Source: an uncultured Verrucomicrobiota bacterium (GTDB lineage: Bacteria > Auribacterota > JABMQX01). Taken from it: a stretch of DNA of 64,000 nt. The translations under genes and the position numbers were made by a program. Of this stretch, positions 1 to 8,079 are shown piece by piece. Position 1 is the first letter of the stretch. Each line of letters begins with the position of its first letter. A model generated the notes under the pieces. That model had not been told where the DNA came from and made no database searches. It saw only the letters and a program-made list of their open reading frames with translations. The DNA is taken from NCBI GenBank assembly GCA_964640185.1, contig CAZXGF010000010.1:162-64161 (forward strand). The letters run 5' to 3'.

Positions 1-2
1 CT

Positions 3-395
3 GTGGCAGCATTTTCGACTTTATCCGGGGAGGTGACAGAGATGCCAGGTTTCATCGAAGTGGATAGCCGAGGCGGCGCCGCCGCCCGGTTCATCGAGAA
101 CGCTATTTACACTCTGCGCGACGAATATGCAGAGGCGGGAATCAAAATTCGTCCTTTGGTCCTGGAGTCCGTTCCTCCGGTTCCTCAGGTTATCGTCGGG
201 ATCATTACGCCCGTGCCCTCTCCCTACATCGTCAAGCTCATAGACACCATCCTGAAAGCCTTAGCTGATGCTCAGAAAGAATTACAGAACCCGCAGGTAA
301 ATATCTTCGTCACGCACCAGGAAAGCAGCATGAGATTCAGCCTCCCAGAAGATAGGGAGAAGTGCGAAGCGTATTTCGCCTCCCTTCCCTCCTGA
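3..395 (+). CDS. hypothetical protein, 5'-truncated at window edge (C-terminal 130 aa)
   Basis: Open frame running from window start to stop at 395; no recognisable motif. Confidence 0.3.
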   Translation: MAAFSTLSGEVTEMPGFIEVDSRGGAAARFIENAIYTLRDEYAEAGIKIRPLVLESVPPVPQVIVGIITPVPSPYIVKLIDTILKALADAQKELQNPQVNIFVTHQESSMRFSLPEDREKCEAYFASLPS

Positions 396-784
396 GCCGG
401 CCACTTTTTCCTTGAGCTCGGCTCATCCTGGCAGAGTCCCGTCAGGAGATTCCCTTCAGCGTTCCTGCCGGGCGCGCCCGCGTCTTAGTGGCACGGAGGT
501 GCGCTCTCGTGTCCCTATAAAGGAGAGGTGTGGAAATGGGGACGGGGTTTTTTCACAGCCCGGAGTCCGAGGGCAATTCCGCCACTGAAATGGAGCCGCA
601 CCCATTCGCCGGACCGAGGTTGCTTTTCCGTGGCAAAAGTAACGTCGCGGAGCCAAAGCACCCGAGAAACCGCGTTGACGCTCGTTGTGAATCGGGTACA
701 ATCATCAAAAAATGGGGCGGTAATACGGCGATGAGATGCTTATCTGAGACATCTCGACCGAAACACAAATCGGGAGGAAAAGTC

Positions 785-2530
785 ATGAAAAGGCGGTCAT
801 TTTTGAAGCTCACGGGCGGTGCTTTCGCGTCAACGCTTTTGGGATCGGGCCTGTCTTTCGCCAAAGGCGGCAGTGGCATTGCAAGCGGCGACGGCGTGTT
901 TATCAATGAGGACAGGGTCCGCAGCAGAAATCAAAACCGCTCGACGGTCGTGTGCCAGCGGGGGCTTGTCTGCGCCAGCCAGCCTCTCGCCAGTATTGCC
1001 GGCGTTGACGTTCTCAAAGCTGGCGGCAACGCCATTGACGCGGCGGTCTGCGCCAACGCGATGCTGAGCCTCGTCGAGCCGATGATGTGCGGCCCGGGCG
1101 GCGACCTTTTCGCAATCGTCTGGCTCGAGAAGGAGCAGAAGCTGTTTGGCCTCAACGCCAGCGGCCGCTCACCGTACGACTGGAGTCTCGACGACGCCCA
1201 AGCTCTTGGGCTAAAGGAAATTCCTCCGTACAGCCCACTTGCCTGGAGCGTGCCGGGGTGCGTGAGCGGCTGGGCGGCGCTTCTGGAACGCTTTGGCACA
1301 TTGAGCATAGCGAAGCTTCTGGAGTCGCCCATCTTCTATGCCCGTGAAGGTTTCCCGGTCTCGCCGATTATCGCCAGGAGCTGGCCAGTGGATGCAAAGA
1401 AAGACTCCAACCTCGCAAAGACCTTTTCGCCCGAGGGCAAGCCGCCGAAATTCGGAGATATTTTCAGAAACCCTGACCTCGCGCGGTTCTTCGAGGTGAT
1501 CGCTCGCGGTGGTGCGAACGCTTTTTACAGGGGAGAACTCGCCGAGAAAATCGTCAAGTTCTCCCGTTCCCACGGCGGCCGGTTCTCCATGCGAGACTTC
1601 CGTGATCACACAGTCACCTGGGTTGACCCGGTGTGTGCCAATTATCGCGGCTACGACGTGTGGGAACTTCCCCCCAACGGGCAGGGAATCGCCGCCTTGC
1701 AGATGCTCAACATACTCGAAAACTTCGACATCGCTTCTTTGACCCCCAACTCTGCCGAGCATCTGCATCTTTTTATAGAAGCGAAAAAACTGGCTTTCGA
1801 GGACCGCGCTGTTTACTATGCGGACATGGATTTTGCGGACGTGCCGGTGAAGCAGCTTATCTCGAAGGAGTATGCCCGCCGGCGTGCCAAGCTCATCAAT
1901 CCCAGGCTTGCCTCCCAGAACGTCGCCCCCGGCAAACTCACCGACAGCTCCGAAACCATCTACCTGACCGCCGCAGATGACGATGGCAACATGATCTCCC
2001 TCATCCAGAGCATTTACTATGGGTGGGGCTCCCGCTTTGTGCCGGACGGTCTCGGGTTTTGCCTCCAGAACCGAGGGCAGCTTTTCTCGCTCGACCCGAG
2101 ACACCTCAACAAGCTACAGCCCCACAAGCGTCCTTTCCACACCATCATTCCCGCTTTTGTGACCAGAGACGGCAAGCCGGTCTTTTCCTTCGGAGTGATG
2201 GGCGGCGCCTTTCAGCCACAGGGACACGCCCAAGTCCTAATGAACATAATTGACTTCGGGATGTCCCCCCAGCAGGCCGGTGAACAGCCTCGCGTCCAGC
2301 ATTCGGAAAGCTCCACGCCTACCGGACGCAAAATGGTCGGCGGCGGCAGCGTCGCTTTTGAACGGCACATCCCTGAGAGGGTCAAACAAAAGCTCGCCGA
2401 TATGGGGCACAAGATAAGGCCCGGCGTGGGCGCATTCGGCGGCTATCAGGGAATCTGGCGGAAGGCGAACCCTCGCCGTTACTTCGGGGCTTCCGATCCC
2501 CGCAAGGACGGTTGTGCGATAGGCTACTGA
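785..2530 (+). CDS. ggt: gamma-glutamyltranspeptidase (GGT), Tat/Sec-secreted
   Basis: GGAGG RBS 8 nt upstream of ATG 785; N-term MKRRSFLKLTGGAFAS (twin-Arg signal). GGNAIDAAVCANAMLSLVEP block and nucleophile region ETIYLTAADDDGNMISLIQSIY match the E. coli GGT pattern (TTHYSVVDKDGNAV). Confidence 0.85.
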   Translation: MKRRSFLKLTGGAFASTLLGSGLSFAKGGSGIASGDGVFINEDRVRSRNQNRSTVVCQRGLVCASQPLASIAGVDVLKAGGNAIDAAVCANAMLSLVEPMMCGPGGDLFAIVWLEKEQKLFGLNASGRSPYDWSLDDAQALGLKEIPPYSPLAWSVPGCVSGWAALLERFGTLSIAKLLESPIFYAREGFPVSPIIARSWPVDAKKDSNLAKTFSPEGKPPKFGDIFRNPDLARFFEVIARGGANAFYRGELAEKIVKFSRSHGGRFSMRDFRDHTVTWVDPVCANYRGYDVWELPPNGQGIAALQMLNILENFDIASLTPNSAEHLHLFIEAKKLAFEDRAVYYADMDFADVPVKQLISKEYARRRAKLINPRLASQNVAPGKLTDSSETIYLTAADDDGNMISLIQSIYYGWGSRFVPDGLGFCLQNRGQLFSLDPRHLNKLQPHKRPFHTIIPAFVTRDGKPVFSFGVMGGAFQPQGHAQVLMNIIDFGMSPQQAGEQPRVQHSESSTPTGRKMVGGGSVAFERHIPERVKQKLADMGHKIRPGVGAFGGYQGIWRKANPRRYFGASDPRKDGCAIGY

Positions 2531-3009
2531 GAGCGAGTCGCCCGGAGCTTCCCTGTGGCCGCAGTCCCAGCAAACGCAGTGCCCGGATGGCACGCCTCCG
2601 AGAATGCGCGCCCGCAATCGCTGCTCAAGCGTCCGCGCTGCGCATCAATGATATTCGAGCCGTGACGAAGTGTGTTGTTTTGCTGTGCCCCGGTTCGCTG
2701 GAGACAAAGACGACCGTCCGGGCCCGCCGGACGTCTGCTCTCCTTAAACACGCCGCCTTTGCCGGTTTCGCCGCCCACGAAACGGGAAAGTTTCGGAACC
2801 GCTGTCTGGGGTAATGCCTCAGTTACCGGCGGCTGAGGTTCGGACCTCATAGGACGCAGAGTAGCCCTTGTGCCGGTGGCATCCTGCCCCCGCCCCGCGT
2901 TCCGCGGGGGACGCCCTCGGGGCAGCGTTACATAGACCGCAACACTGAGCTGCACCTGGCAATCAAGCGCCAGACGCCCAGGGAACGACAGCCCCGCCAT
3001 GGCGGGGTG

Positions 3010-3117
3010 TCCTTCTCACCTTATTCTCTGCGCCTTTGCGCCTTTGCGTTAATCTGCTGTTCCCTTCTTGCCTCCTCCGGCTCGGCCGGCTATCCGCCCG
3101 AGACTGAGGGATTACTA
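3010..3117 (+). repeat. ~80-nt conserved module M1 (same family as 35433-35546), preceded by 16-bp palindrome CCCCGCCATGGCGGGG (2990-3005)
   Basis: Direct alignment with M2; lies just upstream of the sigma70-like promoter at 3135. Confidence 0.8.
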
Positions 3118-3134
3118 TCTGGAAGAAGAAACCC

Positions 3135-3162
3135 TTGACCCGCTAATAGGTTGCGATATAAT
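3135..3162 (+). promoter_or_regulatory. near-consensus sigma70 promoter (TTGACC-16nt-TATAAT)
   Basis: TTGACC at 3135-3140, 16-nt spacer, TATAAT at 3157-3162; ~130 nt upstream of the 3290 ORF. Confidence 0.5.
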
Positions 3163-3289
3163 AAGTTCCGTGGTGCTCGTTTTTACTATTCTTGTGCGCT
3201 CGAGGTTAAAGCGCCGGGCATAGATGTAGGGCTTTTTCCCGTGGAGCAACAAGCGAGTTTGCGGTGAGGAATCTTAGCCTTGAGCTGGA

Positions 3290-6200
3290 ATGAGAAACCT
3301 CGCGGCAGCGACTGCCGTCCTTCGCAGAAGCAAACTTAGAACTGTTCTCCTACCCAAGCCTGTGAACGTGTACGCGTCATTTCGGAAAAGCGTGGCTATG
3401 CTCCCATTTCGGATTTCGGATTTCGGATTTCGGATTTGGCAGTCGGGACGCCGGATTGCCCGCAGGGCAGCCCGCAATCCGCAATCCGCAATCCACAATA
3501 CCAGTTCGAAACACCTTTCATGCCTTTCTCTCCTTGCCTTTGTGATGGTTTTGACATCTTCTCTGTGCGCGGGGGAGAAGAAGGAGAAGCACTCGCTCCC
3601 CCGTCTGATTTTTACGCAGATACCAGCGGGAACGGATTTCGGACTTCGGACCGGCGACACGACACTGCGCGCCCCACAATCAGCCTCCCTCAATCCGCAA
3701 CCGATATCGAAGCTCGCGAACCCGCAATCCGCAATCCGCAATCCGCAATTGCAATCGGCACTCCCCGATCCACGACTAATGCCGGTGGCTGCGAATCCGC
3801 AATCCGCAATCCGCAATCCGCAATCTCCAATTGCAATCGGCACTCCCCGATCCACGACTAATGCCGGTGGCCGCGAATCCGCAATCCGCAATCCGCAATC
3901 CGCAATTGCCGCCGGCGCCCCGTTTCTCCCTCCTCTCCGAAATATACCCGGAAGCCGCGTCGTTTCCCTTGACTTTTCAAAGGGAGGGAAGACGCTCAAC
4001 GTTCTCACGCCGGAATTTGCTTCGGCGTGCTCACCGGTCGTTTCTTTCGACGGCAAGCGAGTTGTCTTCGTGGGGAAGAAAGGCGCCGACGATCCCTGGA
4101 ACGTTTGGGAGATGAGCATCAGCGGCGACGAAAAGCGGCGTATCCTGGAAACGCCGTGGGATTGCGTGACGCCCACGTATTTACCGAGCATTTACACCCT
4201 CGACAATCTCAACCCGCGAGACCAGGTCGTTTTCGCAGGGGCGGCGAGCGGCGAGGTGAACGAGTACGGCACGGGTCCGGCATGGTCTTTTTATACCTGC
4301 GAATTGAGCGGAAAAAACCTTCGGCGAATCACCTTCAACCTGAGCGCAGATTTCGACCCAGCGGTTCTTCCCGACGGGAGGATTGTGTTCAGTAGCTGGC
4401 AGCGGTTCGGAACCCGATATTACCCCACCGGGCTGTTTTCGCTTTTGACGGTGATGACTGACGGCACGGACCTCTTTCCGTTTTATGGAAACCACGAGCT
4501 GCCGATAATCAAATGCAAGCCCAGCCCCGGGCTGGGCGAGGGTGGCTGGGTTTATTTCGTGGAATCGCGCCCCGGGGAGGACCCGCTCGGCGGCGGGTCC
4601 ATTGCAGCGGTCAATCTCCGACGCAACTTCAAGACGTACACGCCGATTGCGAGCGACCGGCGAGGCATTTTCTATTCACCTTTCCCTCTTCACGGGGGAA
4701 ATCTCCTCGTCTCCTACAGAAAAAGAAGGCCCGGCGCGACGTATGGTCTGTACGAACTCTCGCCGCAGAGCGGGAGAATAGTCAAAAAGCTTTTCGACGA
4801 GCCCCGCTGGCACGATGTGGAAGCCCACACTGCCCTCCCCCGACCCAGACCCAAGGGGCGGTCGAGCGTCGTGAATTACGAGGTCCAGACCGCGGACATA
4901 TTCTGCCTTGACTGCTACTTGTCGGACTGGCCGGGAATGGAAAAGGTCGCTGCGGGCTCGCTCCGGCGGTTGCGGATTATTGAAGGCATTCCTCTGCGAG
5001 ATGACACGCCGATTGCGCATCGCGGATTGCGGATTGCGAAATCTGGAATACCGAGTGGGAAATCCGAAATCCGAAATCCGAAATCCGAGGTCCAAAATCG
5101 CAGGTCCGCAGTCGGAGGTCCGCAGTCGGAGGTCCGCAATCCGAAATCCGAAATCCGAAATGCGAAACGCGGCGAGGGTAGCGCGCTCTCCGGCACGGCG
5201 GCGAAAAAGTACTCCGCGACTCCCTTCGGTCCGAGGCGAATTCTGGGAGACATTCCACTGCCGAGCGACGGATCGTTCTACATCAAAGTGCCGTCGGAAA
5301 CTCCCATTGCGTTCCAGGTTCTCGACAAAAACGACATGGCGGTTCTCACGCACCAGAATTGGATGTGGGGCATGCCAAAAGAGAACCGTGGCTGCATCGG
5401 CTGCCACGAAGACCGAGAACGCACGCCCCCCAACCGGTTGGCGGAGGCGCTGAAGAAACCGGCGCCGAACCTGAACGTCCCCCCGGAAAAACGCCGGACA
5501 GTTGACTTCCAGCACGACATCGCGCCGCTGATCAAGACCCGCTGCCTCCAATGTCACACTCGGGAGCATCCGCGACTGGATCTAACTGACATCGCGAAGG
5601 CAGGGGTGAGCAGGGATTACCACGGGCGATTCCCGAGGGCTTACGAGGTTCTCCTTTCTCCGAGGGACCGAGGGGCGAAAGAATTAGCCGGACGTTACAT
5701 AAAGCCCGGCAGCGCCCGGGAAAGCCCGCTGATATGGCGCCTTTTTGGATTTAGCATTTCGGATTGCGGATTGCGGACTTCCGATTCGGCACTGCGCGCT
5801 CCGCAATCGGCGCTCCCCAATCCACAACCGCTGCCGGGACTCGCAATCCGCATTCCACAACCGCCGTCAGGACTCGCAATCCGCATTCCACAACCGGCGT
5901 CAGGGCTCGCAAATCCGCATTCCGCAATCCGCAATCCGCAATCCGCAATGGATGCCGGGGCCGCTGAACTCATGCCCCCGAAGATGCCTCTGAGCGACTC
6001 GGAGCGGAAGCTTTTTGTGGAGTGGATTGACCTCGGCGCGCAGTGGAGCAATCGCCCCTCGCCCGAAGATGTAGCATCGGATTTCAGACTCCGGATTTCG
6101 GATTTCAGACTGCCGACTTCGGACTTGGCAGTGCGCCCTCCGCAATGGGCACTCCCGAATCCACAACCGCTCCCGGGACTTGCAATCCGCATTCCACAAC

Positions 6201-6346
6201 CGCCGTCAGGGCTCGCAAATCCGCATTCCGCATTCCGCAATCCGCAATTTACAACTGATGCCGAGGTCGGCGAATCCGCAATCCGCAATCCGCATTCCGC
6301 AATCAAGGAGCCGGTTTCTGCCAGAGCCGCTGAGAAGGAAAAGTGA
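3290..6346 (+). CDS. TolB/PD40-like beta-propeller protein with two CxxCH heme motifs, interrupted in-frame by heptanucleotide-repeat-encoded low-complexity tracts (NPQSAIR/RISDFGF). N-terminus uncertain
   Basis: Propeller segment (VVSFDGKRVVFVGKK...PDGRIVFSSWQRFG), CIGCHED and CLQCHT, and the C-terminal LFVEWIDLGAQW block are collinear with paralog 29355-31988. Stop-free heptamer arrays are inserted at domain junctions. Stop at 6346 abuts the next gene with an AAGGAAAAG RBS. Confidence 0.55.
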   Translation: MRNLAAATAVLRRSKLRTVLLPKPVNVYASFRKSVAMLPFRISDFGFRIWQSGRRIARRAARNPQSAIHNTSSKHLSCLSLLAFVMVLTSSLCAGEKKEKHSLPRLIFTQIPAGTDFGLRTGDTTLRAPQSASLNPQPISKLANPQSAIRNPQLQSALPDPRLMPVAANPQSAIRNPQSPIAIGTPRSTTNAGGRESAIRNPQSAIAAGAPFLPPLRNIPGSRVVSLDFSKGGKTLNVLTPEFASACSPVVSFDGKRVVFVGKKGADDPWNVWEMSISGDEKRRILETPWDCVTPTYLPSIYTLDNLNPRDQVVFAGAASGEVNEYGTGPAWSFYTCELSGKNLRRITFNLSADFDPAVLPDGRIVFSSWQRFGTRYYPTGLFSLLTVMTDGTDLFPFYGNHELPIIKCKPSPGLGEGGWVYFVESRPGEDPLGGGSIAAVNLRRNFKTYTPIASDRRGIFYSPFPLHGGNLLVSYRKRRPGATYGLYELSPQSGRIVKKLFDEPRWHDVEAHTALPRPRPKGRSSVVNYEVQTADIFCLDCYLSDWPGMEKVAAGSLRRLRIIEGIPLRDDTPIAHRGLRIAKSGIPSGKSEIRNPKSEVQNRRSAVGGPQSEVRNPKSEIRNAKRGEGSALSGTAAKKYSATPFGPRRILGDIPLPSDGSFYIKVPSETPIAFQVLDKNDMAVLTHQNWMWGMPKENRGCIGCHEDRERTPPNRLAEALKKPAPNLNVPPEKRRTVDFQHDIAPLIKTRCLQCHTREHPRLDLTDIAKAGVSRDYHGRFPRAYEVLLSPRDRGAKELAGRYIKPGSARESPLIWRLFGFSISDCGLRTSDSALRAPQSALPNPQPLPGLAIRIPQPPSGLAIRIPQPASGLANPHSAIRNPQSAMDAGAAELMPPKMPLSDSERKLFVEWIDLGAQWSNRPSPEDVASDFRLRISDFRLPTSDLAVRPPQWALPNPQPLPGLAIRIPQPPSGLANPHSAFRNPQFTTDAEVGESAIRNPHSAIKEPVSARAAEKEK
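3407..3487. repeat. inverted heptamer arrays: (TTTCGGA)x3 at 3407-3430 and (GCAATCC)x3 at 3467-3487, 36-nt spacer (imperfect long hairpin)
   Basis: Direct reading of the sequence; unit GGATTTC versus reverse-complement unit GGATTGC gives 6/7 pairing. Confidence 0.85.
3717..3906. repeat. 75-bp tandem repeat x2.5, each unit = (CGCAATC)x3-4 + caattgcaatcggcactccccgatccacgactaatgccggtggc
   Basis: Units 3717-3791 and 3792-3866 near-identical, third unit partial; encodes repeated ANPQSAIRNPQSPIAIGTPRSTTNAGG. Confidence 0.85.
5023..5167. repeat. heptamer arrays (CGGATTG)x2, (GAAATCC)x4, (CGAAATC)x3 plus 14-mer (GGTCCGCAGTCGGA)x2
   Basis: Direct reading; stop-free in all six frames. Confidence 0.85.
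5746..5949. repeat. heptamer-rich tract with 33-bp tandem unit (ggactcgcaatccgcattccacaaccgccgtca) x2.5; ~190-bp segment duplicated at 6077-6303
   Basis: 5837-5869 and 5870-5902 near-identical; tract aligns with 6085-6270 (protein GLAIRIPQPPSGLA... repeated). Confidence 0.8.
6077..6303. repeat. second copy of the ~190-bp heptamer-rich segment (paralogous to 5746-5949)
   Basis: Collinear motifs: tccgcaatgggcactcccgaatccacaaccgctcccgggacttgcaatccgcattccacaaccgccgtcagggctcgcaaatccgcattccg. Confidence 0.8.
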
Positions 6347-6347
6347 T

Positions 6348-8078
6348 ATGCGATGGTTCCCCTCCCCCTCCGCGCCTTTGCGTCTCCCGCTCTCAGCCGC
6401 TTTGCGTGTTTGCGCCTTTGCGAGAGGTCTCCCCGGTGTGGTTTCTCACGCCAAGACGCCAAGACGCCAAGCGTTTCTCCTGCTCGCGATTTGCTGGCCG
6501 TTCGTGCTGGAAGGGGCGGAAAGCCTTCCTCAATATACCAACGTAACAGAGAAAGCGGGAATCGAGTTCGTCCACTGTTTCGGCGACGACAAACTGGATA
6601 CTATTGTTGAGACGACCGGCGCCGGCTGTGCCTTCTTCGACTACGACAACGACGGATACCTTGACGCATATTTTGTGAACGCCTGTTACAACAGAGTCGT
6701 CAATCATCCCAGCGGGAGGCGTTTTGCCGGAAAGCTCAAAAACGCTCTCTACCGCAACAACGGCGACGGCACTTTCACCGATGTGTCCCGGGAGTCCGGC
6801 GTTGACGACGGAGGCTTCGGCATGGGCGCCTATGCGGCTGATTACGACAACGACGGGCACACTGACCTTTTCGTGAGCAACTACGGCCCAGATGTCCTCT
6901 ACCACAACAACGGCGACGGCACCTTCACCGACGTGACCAAGAAAGCTGGCGTCAATAGCGACCTGTGGGGTATCGGGGCGACCTGGCTCGATTACGACAA
7001 CGACGGCTTCGTGGACCTTTACGTGGGCAACTACCTGACCTACGACCCCGACTATCGTTACTTCTACGCCGCCGAAAACTTCCCCGGTCCCGCCTCCTAC
7101 AAGGGGCAGCCGGACGTGCTCTATCGCAACAGGGGCGACGGCGCCTTTGAGGACGTAACCCGTAAAGCCGGCGTTTACAACCCGCAGGGCCGCGCTATGG
7201 GAATAACTTCCGGAGACTTCGATGACGACGGAGACATGGACATCTTCGTCAGTAACGACGACATGGAGAACTACTTGTACGCTAACAACGGGGACGGGAC
7301 CTTCCGCGACATCGCTCTTCTTTCCGGCACCGCCTTCGGCGCCAGCGGCGATATGACCTCCGCCATGGGGCCGGAGTTCGGCGATATTGACCGCGACGGG
7401 CTGATGGACCTGACCGTTCCGGATTTAATCTATGGCTGCATCTATCGCAACGTCGGAAATTCGATGTTCGAGGAGAAAAGCAACCTCATGGGGCTGGCTC
7501 CCGTCGTTGGCCAGTATGAGAGCTGGGCAGGCAACCTTTTCGATTACGATAACGACGGATACCTCGATTTCTTTGTCAGCAACGGCAACCCCCACCGGCT
7601 CGAGGAACAGGAGGATGTCCTCCTCCGAAACGACCGCGGCAAGAGGTTCGTTGACGTGTCCTCGATTTCGGGCGACTATTTCGCTGAGAAGTACGTGGGC
7701 CGCGGGGCGGCTGTCGGCGACTACGACAACGACGGCGATTTGGACATTCTCATTGTCAATCTGAACGGCCCCGGCCTCCTCGTCCGTAACGACGGTGCAA
7801 ATCGCAATCACTGGCTCACCATCCGCACCGTCGGGACAAAGAGCAACCGGTGCGGAATAGGCGCACGGTTTCGCCTCACGGCGGGCGATATGGTACAATT
7901 AGGGGAAGTCAAATCGGGTTCATCATATCTTTCCACGAGCGATTTGCGGGTGCACTTTGGCCTCGGACAGGAGACCGAAGCCTCCAAAATCGAAATCCGT
8001 TGGCCGAGCGGTCGGGTGCAAGTTCTGACGCGAGTGAAAGCAGACCAAATCCTGACCGTCGAGGAACCCGGGAAATAA
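6348..8078 (+). CDS. CRTAC1-family secreted protein: FG-GAP/VCBS repeats + C-terminal ASPIC/UnbV domain
   Basis: Repeated FDYDNDGYLDAYF / YAADYDNDGHTDLFVSN / LDYDNDGFVDLYVGN Ca-binding FG-GAP blocks; C-terminal NRCGIGARFRLTAGD...IEIRWPSGRVQVL. ATG 6348 sits 1 nt after the upstream stop with AAGGAAAAG RBS; long signal-like N-region (RRQAFLLLAICWPFVLEGAES). Confidence 0.75.
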   Translation: MRWFPSPSAPLRLPLSAALRVCAFARGLPGVVSHAKTPRRQAFLLLAICWPFVLEGAESLPQYTNVTEKAGIEFVHCFGDDKLDTIVETTGAGCAFFDYDNDGYLDAYFVNACYNRVVNHPSGRRFAGKLKNALYRNNGDGTFTDVSRESGVDDGGFGMGAYAADYDNDGHTDLFVSNYGPDVLYHNNGDGTFTDVTKKAGVNSDLWGIGATWLDYDNDGFVDLYVGNYLTYDPDYRYFYAAENFPGPASYKGQPDVLYRNRGDGAFEDVTRKAGVYNPQGRAMGITSGDFDDDGDMDIFVSNDDMENYLYANNGDGTFRDIALLSGTAFGASGDMTSAMGPEFGDIDRDGLMDLTVPDLIYGCIYRNVGNSMFEEKSNLMGLAPVVGQYESWAGNLFDYDNDGYLDFFVSNGNPHRLEEQEDVLLRNDRGKRFVDVSSISGDYFAEKYVGRGAAVGDYDNDGDLDILIVNLNGPGLLVRNDGANRNHWLTIRTVGTKSNRCGIGARFRLTAGDMVQLGEVKSGSSYLSTSDLRVHFGLGQETEASKIEIRWPSGRVQVLTRVKADQILTVEEPGK

Positions 8079-8079
8079 G

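Noticed and set aside
1211-2104. 297-aa minus-strand ORF inside the GGT gene; similar long antisense ORFs at 9793-10932, 12623-13543, 24133-24726, 28267-29085, 30195-30812, 35842-36549, 37814-38659, 40703-41824, 42002-42883, 44529-45032, 57817-58248, 58966-59595, 60894-61490
   Set aside because: High-GC antisense shadows of genes with strong motif support on the other strand; no RBS or recognisable domains.
3407-6303. CRISPR array
   Set aside because: Units are 7 nt (or 14/33/75-nt higher-order repeats) in direct tandem with no unique spacers of 25-40 nt and no cas genes.
3436-6462. Numerous ORFs in all six frames (3436-3861, 3831-4115, 4908-5453, 4915-5253, 4977-5258, 5695-6462, 5745-5993, 5751-5948, 5764-5967, 5900-6199, 6043-6258; 3274-4191 and 4676-5569 on minus) with NPQSAIR / IADCGLR / RISDFGF peptides
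   Set aside because: All are read-through artefacts of the stop-free heptamer arrays. Their only 'conserved' parts are the repeat translations, and they overlap the one frame whose unique segments match a paralog.
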